A DNA stretch of 63,290 bases, counting the filler, from Perkinsus chesapeaki ATCC PRA-425 (taxonomy: Eukaryota; Protista; Perkinsozoa): assembly GCA_013115145.1 (NCBI GenBank). It is 6 parts of 6 records of this genome, joined end to end, with 100 filler letters (N's around TTAATTAATTAA, not from the genome) between each part and the next. Parts side by side here need not be neighbours in the genome. Positions count along the whole stretch, not along the records: positions 1 to 28,088 come from JAAPAO010000482.1; positions 28,189 to 39,308 come from JAAPAO010000859.1; 4 more parts are not named here. One strand, given 5' to 3'. The notes under the pieces were generated by a model. That model saw only the letters and a program-made list of their open reading frames with translations, was not told the origin of the DNA and did no database searches. Made by a program: the position numbers and the translations under genes. Positions 27,401 through 37,216 of the stretch are shown in pieces. Each line of letters opens with the position of its first letter. Within the stretch, counting starts at the first letter, position 1.

Positions 27401-28030
27401 CAGCGAGAACTTCTTGACTTTGAGAATGAGATATGAAATATTTAACAATTATCGATAATGCGCATATGGTGATATCATGTTTCTTTTTACTGGGACCCAA
27501 GGCGACCCAGGCGCTTGCTGAAGTTGAGTGAGGGTAGTTTACCTGGGCTCGGCTGAACTGCGGACAAATATTGATGTATATGTTGGGGCGAAAATTCATA
27601 CTAAAGGATATTCTAAGATTGTACCGTACATATTCTTTCTCTCAGGAATTGCATTTATCGGCTTCAAAAACTCTGCGTATCGTCTTCGTTAATGTCGAAT
27701 CTGCCGACTCTGACTTGGGCACCATCGAAGCCTGCAATCGGTTCATTCGTGACCATCATCTCCGTGGTTGTTTCCTTCCCAGTGTGGAGCTTCATAGGGG
27801 CACAGAAAGATTTGTTTATGAGGGGGCGATATCGTCGGTGGTGGAATTGAAAGAGTGGGTTATCGACAATTGTGCGGCGGACAAGCTCGAGGTGAGATCT
27901 TCGGTTCTGAGTCTAGCGTTTTCAAGTGACTGAATTTTGGGGAGAGAAACTCATTGGGCATGTCTTCTGTCACTAAGAGCATTTTTCCCAAATAAACAGT
28001 GGCGCTCTCCGGTACGTCCGTCTCAGCAGT
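15410..28030 (+). CDS. Large multi-exon gene: coiled-coil region followed by a thioredoxin-fold domain (start unknown; could be more than one gene)
   Basis: Many GT-AG-bounded exons, e.g. AYVTLFQAPF (15423-), DQDALRRLVYYRL (17407-), coiled-coil exons at 21230-23900, then VESIDARKRPTLVVFYSPWNKEC (26429-26542) and RIVFVNVES...FVYEG (27646-27891). The donor at 23897 and acceptor at 25988 are phase-compatible (GC|T). Confidence 0.6.
23663..23780. repeat. 55-bp tandem duplication (about 2.1 copies), intronic
   Basis: TCACTAGTAACATATTTCC...CTCCTCTTCCGTA starts at 23663 and 23718 with two mismatches. Confidence 0.9.
24236..25613 (-). mobile_element. Tc1-family DNA transposon (1378 bp) with long TIRs and TA target duplication
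   Basis: TA at 24234-35 and 25614-15. Inverted repeats of about 190 bp start CAGTGCTCCAAA (24236-24428 and 25420-25613). Internal transposase remnants are present. Confidence 0.95.
24547..25342 (-). pseudogene. Tc1 DD34E transposase, frameshifted and internally deleted
   Basis: HTH-like YSQKEIAECHGITQSAVSKII; GGGSLIVWSAI; QQDNAS...SPDLNPIE with 34 residues between D and E. Frame breaks near 25160 and 25040. Confidence 0.9.
25697..25718. other. 7-8-7 inverted scar (8-mer ATGGAAGG)
   Basis: ATGGAAG + CCTTCCAT + TGGAAGG, perfect. Confidence 0.8.
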
Positions 28031-28088
28031 GAATCGCATAGTTCATATAACCGCAAGGCCGATGAGCTCGTTGGACCGCCGGTGGGCA

Positions 28089-28188
28089 NNNNNNNNNNNN
28101 NNNNNNNNNNNNNNNNNNNNNNNNNNNNNNNNTTAATTAATTAANNNNNNNNNNNNNNNNNNNNNNNNNNNNNNNNNNNNNNNNNNNN
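28089..28188. other. Artificial contig spacer
   Basis: 44 N + TTAATTAATTAA (stops in all six frames) + 44 N. Confidence 0.99.
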
Positions 28189-29145
28189 AATTCCCTATAC
28201 GACCGTCTTTGTGTGTTACAATTAATAAAGCTCAAGGTCAGTCACTAAAAAAAGTAGGTGTATATCTCCCACAACCAGTCTTCAATCATGGTCAACTTTA
28301 TGTAGCTGCCTCAGTGAGGCAGCCTCACGCGTGGGAGATCCGGCAAACATTAAGTTTGTCGTTGATCAATCCACCTATACATACAACACCAACACAAACT
28401 CTGCACGCAATCCAACTACTACTCAAGTACTCACAACAAACGTCGTTTATCGAGAGATTTTGTCATGATCAATCATAAGCATTTCTCACCTAGCGTCTTT
28501 TGCTACTTACGCATTACTACAACACGTTCAACGTATTACGTTGTATAATTACTTAAATTATTTATTAAGTTCTTTGACAAATTCTTTGCTATCTGAGTCA
28601 GTGACTCAGAGTCACACAATGACCACTTCTGTTGTAACTATAGTATAGTTACTATACGAATGTCTGCCATGTATAATCTGTACTTTACTACTGTTAATGT
28701 AGAAGCCAGCTCATGAGTTCCTCTAGACCCTAGATTTGTCGCTACACTCTATTCCAGCGCTATTCGTCGCTTTCCACCTCACTCTGGAGTCTCGAAAATA
28801 GATACGCAAAGTTGCTACTGATCTACATCACAAACCTCCCGCCTGCTTCGTCGCGCTATGCACGGTTAAATTCTATTGCTACAACTACGTCAACAACAAC
28901 CACTTGGAGCCGGATAGATGATTTACATGTTCTTCTTTACATATTCTCTGTTCTTGCTATTCACTTGAATCATTCACGTATGATGGGTAGTGTAACTCAG
29001 GTGTACATTATTTCGTGAGTGTTGAATTAGTGTAATTCATTGAATTAATGCGTACCACGTTATAACACCATCTACATGAACACTCTTCTACTACATCAAA
29101 TGGGAATACTGTATAACACTGGAGCGGAGCGACGGGTTCCACTAG
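28189..29145 (+). mobile_element. Helitron 3' end (Pif1-family helicase C-terminus, 3' UTR, putative CTAG terminus)
   Basis: [41 protein letters not shown]; after removing a 14-nt insertion it continues RVGD...[11 protein letters not shown] (stop 28466-68). A degenerate GC-rich hairpin at 29119-29135 is followed by CTAG|T at 29142-29146 (terminus less certain than the ORF). Confidence 0.8.
28594..28657. other. Two 7-8-7 inverted scars (8-mers TGAGTCAC and AACTATAC)
   Basis: TGAGTCA+GTGACTCA+GAGTCAC (28594-28615) and AACTATA+GTATAGTT+ACTATAC (28636-28657), both perfect. Confidence 0.8.
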
Positions 29146-29262
29146 TGAGTTTGGATATTATACCTACTTTTCCGATAAGTTGCAAAAATGAAAAAAGTGG
29201 CATTGGACGCGCCGAATGCGTGAAGGAACTCTAAGAGCGCAAGGTAGTGTAAGATTGGCATT

Positions 29263-29400
29263 GCTCGTTCAATAAACGATGGTTTGGTCGATTCTGGTAT
29301 CGTTTTCGGAATCGATTCCAGGACCGGTTCCTTGAACAAGATTTTCCGAAATCGTTTCCAGAATCGATTCTTAGTTCCAAAATTGGTTTATTGAACGAGC
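29263..29400. mobile_element. MITE-like 138-bp inverted-repeat element
   Basis: Perfect 15-bp IR GCTCGTTCAATAAAC / GTTTATTGAACGAGC, with internal GAATCGATTC palindromes. No TSD identified. Confidence 0.5.
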
Positions 29401-29482
29401 GGTCTGTCACAGTGACCCTCGGCGGCGACATCCGCACGCATGAGCAACTCTCCTCTAGCGACACCTTTAGTTCATTTCATTA

Positions 29483-31162
29483 ATGATGTTTTCCACTTTT
29501 GCGGTAATCACTGCGCACTGTGCATGCGCATTGGCTGTCGTCGTTGCTCTTAAAGGATGTTCGTCCTCGTCTAAGCATACTACCACTCCTTCCACAACAA
29601 CATCAACAACTTCGGTACCTTTAACGGGATTCACTCTATCAACTGACGTTTTGGGAAGAAGCTTCGATCCGTTGGTCATCTCATGGCCTCCTGAATACGC
29701 CTCCGGATACGAAATAGAAGTAGCTCCTAAGGACCAACTTGGCAACTATCTTGGCCGACTGCAGACGTCCAATCACCCTAGCGGCAACGCCACCCTCAAC
29801 TTGGCCAATGCTCGAAGTGGCGGCTACGAAGTCCGTTTGCAGACCGTCGGAGGCTCGGCCGTACTCGCCCGAAGAGAAGTGACTTTCGGTCTTGGCAACG
29901 ATGAGGCGACGCAGGGTCATCTCACCTTGGAAGGAAATGGCTCTCTGAGGGTCAATTGGGTCAGCGGCTCGAATGCCCTCGGAAGAGTTATGTACAAAAG
30001 TGGCCCAGGTGGCGATTGGGTCGAATCTCGGGAGTTGTCGAGCCCGACTACCTACAGTGCTGGTGATATGTGCGATGAGCCGGCCAAGGGTCAGGGTTGG
30101 CGTAGTCCCGGCTACTTCCATTCGGTTGTCATCCCCAATGAGCCCAACTTAACTCTAACCTTTGGATCTGATGATGCTATGTCGAGGGAGTTCAAACCTC
30201 TGAGCGCCATTCCGCCCGGAGACACCACTCCACACAGTGTAGCACTCTTTGGTGATCTAGGTCTCACTGGTGGCACTACCGCGGGAGGTGCCAGAGGGTA
30301 CGGTAAACTGAACTTTGGGGAATGGCCAAGCCTGCCTCAATCGACCATAGGCTCCAATGATAACATCCGACTAGGTCTGCTTATTGGTGATGTATCGTAC
30401 GCTAATGGTTTCCTTATCCTCTGGGACCAGTTTGGGGCGGAAGCGGAAGCTTCGTTTGCTATGAGCAAGCCGGTTGTTGTGAGTGTCGGCAACCACGAAT
30501 GGGGTTCCACTAACAACCCGGAAACTTGGAAACCCAACTTCACTAATAATTACTTCATTAATGATGCTGGTGGGGAGTGCGGGGTGCCTTTCAGGCACCG
30601 GTACCCCCGCTTTAATAGTACAGGCGGGTACGCCTGGTGGTTCTCTTTTGATCATGGTCTGGTCCATTACGCAATGATGTCGAGCGAACATGACTTCACG
30701 AATGGCAGTATCCAACATAACTGGCTTCGTGAAGATCTGTCGAAGGTTGATAGGAATATCACTCCGTGGGTTGTGGTAACTTGCCATCGTCCTGTCTATC
30801 AAACTTGTAGTCAACCTTATCTTGAGTCCGGCATACTTGAACACATGCAAAGTGACATTGCACCATTACTTGATCAATTTGATGTTGACTTGTTCGTTGC
30901 TGGCCATTGGCATCGATACGAGAGAACTACACGTATCTCTAAAACTTTTCACACCATCATCGGTTCCCCTCGGTACACCGACGCACCTTGCGAGCATGCT
31001 AATGTCACCTGGTCGGCTAAAGTTCTCGATTCAGTGCTTGGTTATACCGAAATGAAGGTACACAACTCCACCGTGTTAGAATGTATCTTCTGGGGCATTT
31101 CACCAAACGACTCGAGCTCCACGTTAACCGTCCAGGATAGTTATACTTTATCCAAACCATAG
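29483..31162 (+). CDS. Purple acid phosphatase (metallophosphoesterase), single exon, N-terminal signal/anchor and Thr-rich linker
   Basis: 559-aa ORF with all five PAP metal-binding blocks: GDLG, GDVSY, GNHE, VTCH, GHWH. Confidence 0.95.
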   Translation: MMFSTFAVITAHCACALAVVVALKGCSSSSKHTTTPSTTTSTTSVPLTGFTLSTDVLGRSFDPLVISWPPEYASGYEIEVAPKDQLGNYLGRLQTSNHPSGNATLNLANARSGGYEVRLQTVGGSAVLARREVTFGLGNDEATQGHLTLEGNGSLRVNWVSGSNALGRVMYKSGPGGDWVESRELSSPTTYSAGDMCDEPAKGQGWRSPGYFHSVVIPNEPNLTLTFGSDDAMSREFKPLSAIPPGDTTPHSVALFGDLGLTGGTTAGGARGYGKLNFGEWPSLPQSTIGSNDNIRLGLLIGDVSYANGFLILWDQFGAEAEASFAMSKPVVVSVGNHEWGSTNNPETWKPNFTNNYFINDAGGECGVPFRHRYPRFNSTGGYAWWFSFDHGLVHYAMMSSEHDFTNGSIQHNWLREDLSKVDRNITPWVVVTCHRPVYQTCSQPYLESGILEHMQSDIAPLLDQFDVDLFVAGHWHRYERTTRISKTFHTIIGSPRYTDAPCEHANVTWSAKVLDSVLGYTEMKVHNSTVLECIFWGISPNDSSSTLTVQDSYTLSKP

Positions 31163-31667
31163 TACTCTTCAGACTTTTCTCATTTCAGTTTTGACCCATT
31201 GCATCTATTTGTTGAGTTAGAGATTCAAACGCTAAACTTGATGGACGTTTGTGTCGAGGAGTAATCGAGCCCCACAGGGTTCCTCGGGAATGAAAAGTGT
31301 CGTTAATACGGAGGAGAAATAGCGTAAATCTTCATAGGAAGTATGTAACCAAAGGAAGAGGAGACACCAAGCAATGCAGCTCTTCTGGGAGTGTCTGATG
31401 TGACTGTATGAGCCACTGGCTTGGGTCAATCACGGGGGAGGCCGCCCGTGTCGGGGCTTAATTGTTCTCATTCGAGCAACTGTGCTGGAGCCCTATTGAG
31501 TGATTGTTACATATACAAATGAGTCCGATGGGTCGTAAAGGTGTGGTGTTTCTGCTGACCCTTCTTCTTTGTCGGTAGGTATCGTCGACTGAAATGAAGG
31601 CATTGTTGTTGACTTCTGAGCCCGACGAGCGTGATGATGATGCTGTGTAGAGATTGGTTGTAGTACC

Positions 31668-34163
31668 ATGTCCCGTCCAAGCAGAGGCCTCCAGCGCTTG
31701 AGTGGTTTCCTATTCAACAAGACAGCGGCATCAGTGGCACGAAAGGCGGGATCAACTCAACTCAGCCCAACTGTAGAGGAGACCACCATTGTCACTAATA
31801 GGGAACTTATAAGTCGGTTATTGAACAAGATCAACAACATGACGGCGAGGTGAGGAGGAAGTGAAATATCAAGTCGAATCATTCATCAGGAATCACGACC
31901 CGTCCAAGGTTGCATGGACTCGGACGCTAGAAGGATTCATGGTAAGTCGTCAATCAACCTCCCGGATATCTTTCTAGGTCAACACGGATGATTCCGGCAA
32001 TACAGATGCACCAGAGGAGGACCTTAGACCGTTGCTGTCTCGGATGACCGTTTGGGATCTGGTGGAGGTTTTAGACATCATGGCTACTCATTCACAAGGG
32101 AACGCTCAGGTGAAGCGGTAAGGTGGCACCGACGGGGGTGGCGAAAGATATTTTTACAGATACCATGTGTTCTTGACAAAATTTGCTGAGAGCCTGATCG
32201 ACTTGCAGGCTACCACTAGAGCTTATTCCATTGATGGCAACGCTTTTGCGTACACCACACAGTTTAGACAGAGAGAGAGTGAGGGGGTCAAGATTGGGTT
32301 TCCTCCTCTAACCGGGACTGGGCATCTCACTTTGCTCCTTCCCGGAACTCGAGATAAAGATCGGCACTTGCACGATATGTAAGGAAGTGGAATATCTTTT
32401 CTATCGGCCAACTTCATCAGAACTCACCAAAAACCGTACGCCCCAGAGAGGCTTCATCCCCAACTCAGCTGGCGTTCGATTAACCAGCCGAGTTCCTTGT
32501 TGTATCATGCTCCCTATTCACTCCCTTATATCCTTCTTGTCAGCATTCACACCTGACATCTGTGTTGCTGCCTGCCATGCTTTGGTCACGATAGGGATAC
32601 ATGTAAGCTGCTAGCTCGCTTGCCCAAGTTGGGCAACAACTGAAGAAGCCAGGTGCGAGATACTTTGAATATGACGTCATATGGAAGTGACCCTGAAGGG
32701 AAGTTCCAGAAGGCTCAGCGAGCAGCGGCTGGGCTATATGCCTCGCTCCTTCCAGTAGGAGGAGGAGAAGTAGCGTCGCTCCGCTGGTCATTGGTCAATG
32801 GTAGGCATCCTTGAGCCATGCCGTCGATGAGGCGGACCATTCGATGAGGAATGCTCGGCGACGTGGGAAAGCTCCGAGCCGCCTCAATCAAGATCAGGCT
32901 CCAAAGATGTCAGATCACGGTCGTCGAAGGCTACTGTAAGAGTCGTCGTTGATTGGCTGCTCTCCACAGTGTTCTCGGTTCAGTTACACAATTGCGTTGC
33001 TGTCCCTGCAGCCCGAGCTACCTGAGCTCGTCTGGTCAACGATTGCGAATGCCAAGTCAGTTGGCGGAGGGGCCATTGCTCTGCATGATCTCGCCAAGTG
33101 GTGCGTTCATGACTTGGTTAAAGATGAGGATCTTCGAAGCAAATCCACCACAGTTGATAGAACATTATAGGCACGGAAGGCAATGCGATCCTGTGTAGAT
33201 ATTCTCCTTGGGAGTCCTATCTCGGCTTGGCCACATACCGCAGAAATATCCTCATCAACAATGGCCAGATAAGAGCGTGGAGGTGAGGCAGGCTCCTGTT
33301 AGGTGTGCCGCTGGAGGTTTGCACCCAGTTACCTACTACAGTGAGGAGGAGTCTGTCAGAGTTGGATGTCAGCAGGAGTCTCGAGGGAGTGTCCCAGCCA
33401 CAGTATGACCAGTACCAGCTGGATCGGCAAGTTAAAGTGGTGGGTCAGCTGCTGCTTCTGCTGCCGAATTCATTCATAATCAACTAACAGGTTGATCTGG
33501 TGCGGTTGTCAATCGGTTTGGAACTATTACAGATCCCCACCGACACGTCTTTGGTGGCCGCTGTTGAGAGGGAAGTGTCCAAAGCGGCAGCGGCGTCGAC
33601 ATGTGAGGAATCTTTCTCGTCCACTTTTTCCTCGCTCGACCTCAGCTGCGATCAGCGGAGCGGTGCCTGCGTTGTGGTGGACTACCCAGATAGCCCGTCG
33701 TGTGCGGTATCACATGCTTCCTCTGTGGCATCGGCAGTGCCTCAACGACATCGATCGTCTTAAGAAGACCGACCGGTGGAAGGTATTCCACCTTGCCCAT
33801 TTTTGTCAATGTGCCTGCTGCTGCCGCGCAGGCCACACTCGCGCTCATATCGACTCTGAACTCCTTGGCCGGCAGCAGCGGAAGGGGACAGCCTTTGTGG
33901 GACGATGTCGATTCCAGCACTACAGGTGTCTTTGGTGAATCTGATGTAGCTCGGGTGTAAGTTGTGTGCCACTCCTAGGTGTCGTTGCTCAGATGAATTT
34001 CCTGCAGTATGTGTTGTCACATAATTCCTACCAGATGCGACATCGTGAGCAAGTGTCGTGGGAAGTTGACATGTTGGGGGTGAAGAAGAAGTACTTCAAG
34101 AACCCATCAGGGGTCATTCAAGCACCTGTCAAGTCGGATGATGATGATGATGATGATGATTAA
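31668..34163 (+). CDS. Unidentified multi-exon gene with short introns; basic N-terminus resembling an organelle-targeting peptide, poly-Asp C-terminus
   Basis: ATG at 31668. In-phase junctions such as AG|G across an intron of about 40 nt at 31850, and ATG|GTC at about 31941-31977. The last exon ends KSDDDDDDDD*. Confidence 0.65.
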
Positions 34164-34823
34164 AATGCATGATAATGGCAATGATGTTTCCGTGTCTTGA
34201 AGTTTCCTTCTATGACAGCATTCTTGAGTGGGTAGTGCTGATGTATGCTCCACGTAACCGATTAGTGATGGCTAGTGAGGCTTGTATAGCCTGGTAGAAT
34301 TTAAATCTCCCTTCTGGCGTTGTCGATCTAAGTAATATCGTTACTCGGCTTAAGCAGGTCAAGTCGAAGTGCGTAAGTCACTGAGGAGTGTTTTTTTCAC
34401 TACGCAAAGTTATAACCTCAAAAGTGACCAAATCGATGTGTCTCATTTTGCCACATCGACTCTCGCTCCGAAACGCTACAGCCAGTCGTACATCACATAC
34501 AAGACGAAATAAACGAAGTGGTGAATTATCATGATGGCGCATTTGCACACGCGCCACGCCCCCGTTCGGGTTCAATAATTTCCCTTCAACTGCGGGCGCT
34601 AGATTGTGTTGATTTCGAGCATCATTAGTTTCCCTATGACTTGTCAGAAACTAGTGGACCTTAGTCATCCGTAAAGTGCCGGAATTGCGATATACCCGGA
34701 CGGACTATTCAGAAGTTATGAATCACAACGAAGTGCCTCGTAATCGCGAGGGACCCAATCGTATTGCGAACCGGTCAGCCACGTAGATGTTTCCTCGTTG
34801 AACTTTCCTCTGTAGTTCGGGAA

Positions 34824-35060
34824 ATGTCAGTACGCATTTTCTTCATTTTACTCTTTGCCCTAACGATACCAGCTCATTTTTTAAGGTTCTGTGGTGATAA
34901 TAAAGACTGTCCCGATTCGATTCCCGTATGCCACAAGAGTAAATGCACAAAGATATGTGAAACTGACACTGACTGCTTTGAGGAAGCCGAGCTCGGCAGG
35001 ACCTATCGGTGCGAGTCGTTTAGAGAGGAGGGGTATGTCATGATAAACCTATGCTGGTAG
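34824..35060 (+). CDS. Small secreted Cys-rich protein (78 aa, 8 Cys)
   Basis: MSVRIFFILLFALTIPA signal-like segment, then CGDNKDCPDSIPVCHKSKCTKICETDTDC...RC...LCW. Confidence 0.7.
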   Translation: MSVRIFFILLFALTIPAHFLRFCGDNKDCPDSIPVCHKSKCTKICETDTDCFEEAELGRTYRCESFREEGYVMINLCW

Positions 35061-35680
35061 CCTGTAACATGATGAATGGTATTGAGTAACCCCGAGTAAC
35101 ATTAGTTATCTCGAGTAGGAGCACAAGAATACTGTTTGCACCTACCAGTTGCATTGCCCTACGAGTAGTAGTGTACTTGCGCATATTATTCTTACCCTTT
35201 CAAGCTCTTTGATGATGTGATGTATTTGTAGCTCTATAGCTGCTGTTGAGTTAAGATAGTCTACCTTGTCCACTAGCACTGTACTAGCTGAATAACTACT
35301 GCTTATCTGATCATCGCCAGCCAAGCGCCTTCGTAGGCCGGGACTCCTGGTTGCCCAGTGAATTCCACAGTATCCCCCTCCATCTAGCAATCTCACCGTC
35401 ATACACTATAAGTGGGGAGAAGTGGAGACACAATCACACAATTTGCCAGTACTTCTCAGTCTGCGTGGATTTGAACTTTATAGGAAAAGATTCCATAATA
35501 ACTCTACGCTCTTGCTTGTGTCGGATGTCTCCTTCTAGCGAAATGACAACACATTCTAATATACCATTACTGATAACAACAGCTTTTGGCTTCACGACCT
35601 GCTGGCTAGACTCGAGCTCGCATTCAGGAAGTGAGCCCTGAAACAGTAGCGTGTTTTTCCTCAGTTGCTTTTTAATAGCC

Positions 35681-37216
35681 ATGCCTTCGTCCAACATGGC
35701 CATATCAACAGACCGTATTCGTCGACTTTACCAGCCTGGCACAGGAACTAAGGTGTCAGGACCTGTCATCTACTGGATGAGTCGTGAATTACGGTCCCGA
35801 GATAATTGGGCGCTACTGCATGCTCAGGATGTTGCACTGAAGAGCAAGCAACCTCTACTTGTCATATATAACCTTGCCATCGGTTATCTTGGAGGTGGCC
35901 TACGACAGCACGCATTCAAGGTTGGTGGGTTGAAAGTGTTGGCTGAGAACCTGAAGCAGCTACACATACCTTTCCGCGTTGAGGTCGCCTCGGATTTCCC
36001 AGCCAAGCTCGCCGACATCGTGAACGAGGTAGGGTGTAAATATGTTGTAACCGATTTCACTCCCCTCCGGCTCAACAGAGAGTGGGTGTCTGCCTTCACC
36101 AAGCATGCTAGGAGGCTTGGGGTCCGGTTTGAACAAGTTGATGCTCATAATATCATTCCGTGTTGGGTTACTTCCGACAAGATGGAACGAGCCGCTGTTA
36201 CTATAAGGCCGAAGTTATGGCATCACTTCGATGAGTTCTGCACTAACTACCCCAAGATCAGACGGCATCCCTATCAGGTCAGCGATGACAGCTCATTTCA
36301 AGCATCAACAACGGCAGAACTCGACGCTCTTATGACTGATGAACACATCCTCAGCAAGCTCGATACAACTGTTAAACCGGTTGAGTGGTTGACGCCAGGA
36401 GAGGATGCGGGCTTACGATTCGCATTGGGATATATCAAGGGCATGCCGAGCTACGCGAGCCAGAGGAATAACCCAACCAACTCTGTACAGTCTGACTTGA
36501 GCCCGTATTTCCATTATGGCTTTGTCAGCCCTCAACGTGTTATATACGAGGCGTATTGTAACTCTGATATTAACGATGAAGACCGAGATGAGTTCATCGA
36601 ACAGTGCATGGTTCGCAGGGAGTTGGCGGACAACTTCTGCTACTATAATGATGACTACGACAAAGTCGAGGGGTTCCCGGAGTGGGGACTACGGTCTCTG
36701 CGGGAGCACGCCAAAGATGATCGAGAGAAATGTTATTCTCTGGAGGACCTTGAGAGTGCCAAAACACATGACAAGTTGTGGAATGCTACCCAAATCCAGA
36801 TGGTCGAGACGGGGAAGATTCATGGCTATATGCGAATGTACTGGTGCAAGAAGATCCTGGAATGGACCAGAAGCCCAGAAGAAGCATTGAAGTATGCTAT
36901 CTATCTGAACGACAAGTACGAGCTAGATGGTCGAGACCCGAACGGTTACGTTGGTATCGCTTGGTGTATTGGTGGTCGTCACGACCGTCCATTCGCGGAG
37001 CGGAATGTCTTCGGGGTTATTCGTTACATGAGCTACAATGGATGCCGAGGGAAGTTCGATATCTACAAGTACATCAAAATTGCCGGATCAAGCGAAAGTC
37101 ACAGAGCTGGGAAGATAAGACTGAACGAGAAGGTTGGAGAGAGTACAGATGATGAGGGATTCTGGGAAAGCCTCAGCGATGAAGAACGAAGAATGATGGG
37201 CACTTACGGTTCTTGA
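35681..37216 (+). CDS. PHR: Class II CPD DNA photolyase, single exon
   Basis: YWMSRELRSRDNWAL, LSPYFHYG, RRELADNF, LWNA...GKIHGYMRMYWCKKILEW (three Trp spaced 21 and 7 residues, as in the class II electron-transfer triad), ELDGRDPNGY. First ATG at 35681. Confidence 0.97.
   Translation: MPSSNMAISTDRIRRLYQPGTGTKVSGPVIYWMSRELRSRDNWALLHAQDVALKSKQPLLVIYNLAIGYLGGGLRQHAFKVGGLKVLAENLKQLHIPFRVEVASDFPAKLADIVNEVGCKYVVTDFTPLRLNREWVSAFTKHARRLGVRFEQVDAHNIIPCWVTSDKMERAAVTIRPKLWHHFDEFCTNYPKIRRHPYQVSDDSSFQASTTAELDALMTDEHILSKLDTTVKPVEWLTPGEDAGLRFALGYIKGMPSYASQRNNPTNSVQSDLSPYFHYGFVSPQRVIYEAYCNSDINDEDRDEFIEQCMVRRELADNFCYYNDDYDKVEGFPEWGLRSLREHAKDDREKCYSLEDLESAKTHDKLWNATQIQMVETGKIHGYMRMYWCKKILEWTRSPEEALKYAIYLNDKYELDGRDPNGYVGIAWCIGGRHDRPFAERNVFGVIRYMSYNGCRGKFDIYKYIKIAGSSESHRAGKIRLNEKVGESTDDEGFWESLSDEERRMMGTYGS

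Noticed and set aside
27997-28030. CAGTGGCG as a second hAT-like terminus
   Set aside because: Better explained as an acceptor (AAACAG) plus the in-phase last exon WRSPVRPSQQ* of the thioredoxin-fold gene.
35577-35596. Possible relict spliced-leader sequence upstream of the photolyase (AGCTTTTGGCTTCACG)
   Set aside because: It needs gaps and mismatches to fit the CCGTAGCCATYTTGGCTCAAG leader; not distinguishable from chance.
29681-37152. Overlapping or antisense ORFs inside the phosphatase and photolyase (e.g. 29681-30121, 30371-30850, 36516-36890, 36778-37152)
   Set aside because: Shadow frames of real genes with no recognisable motifs.
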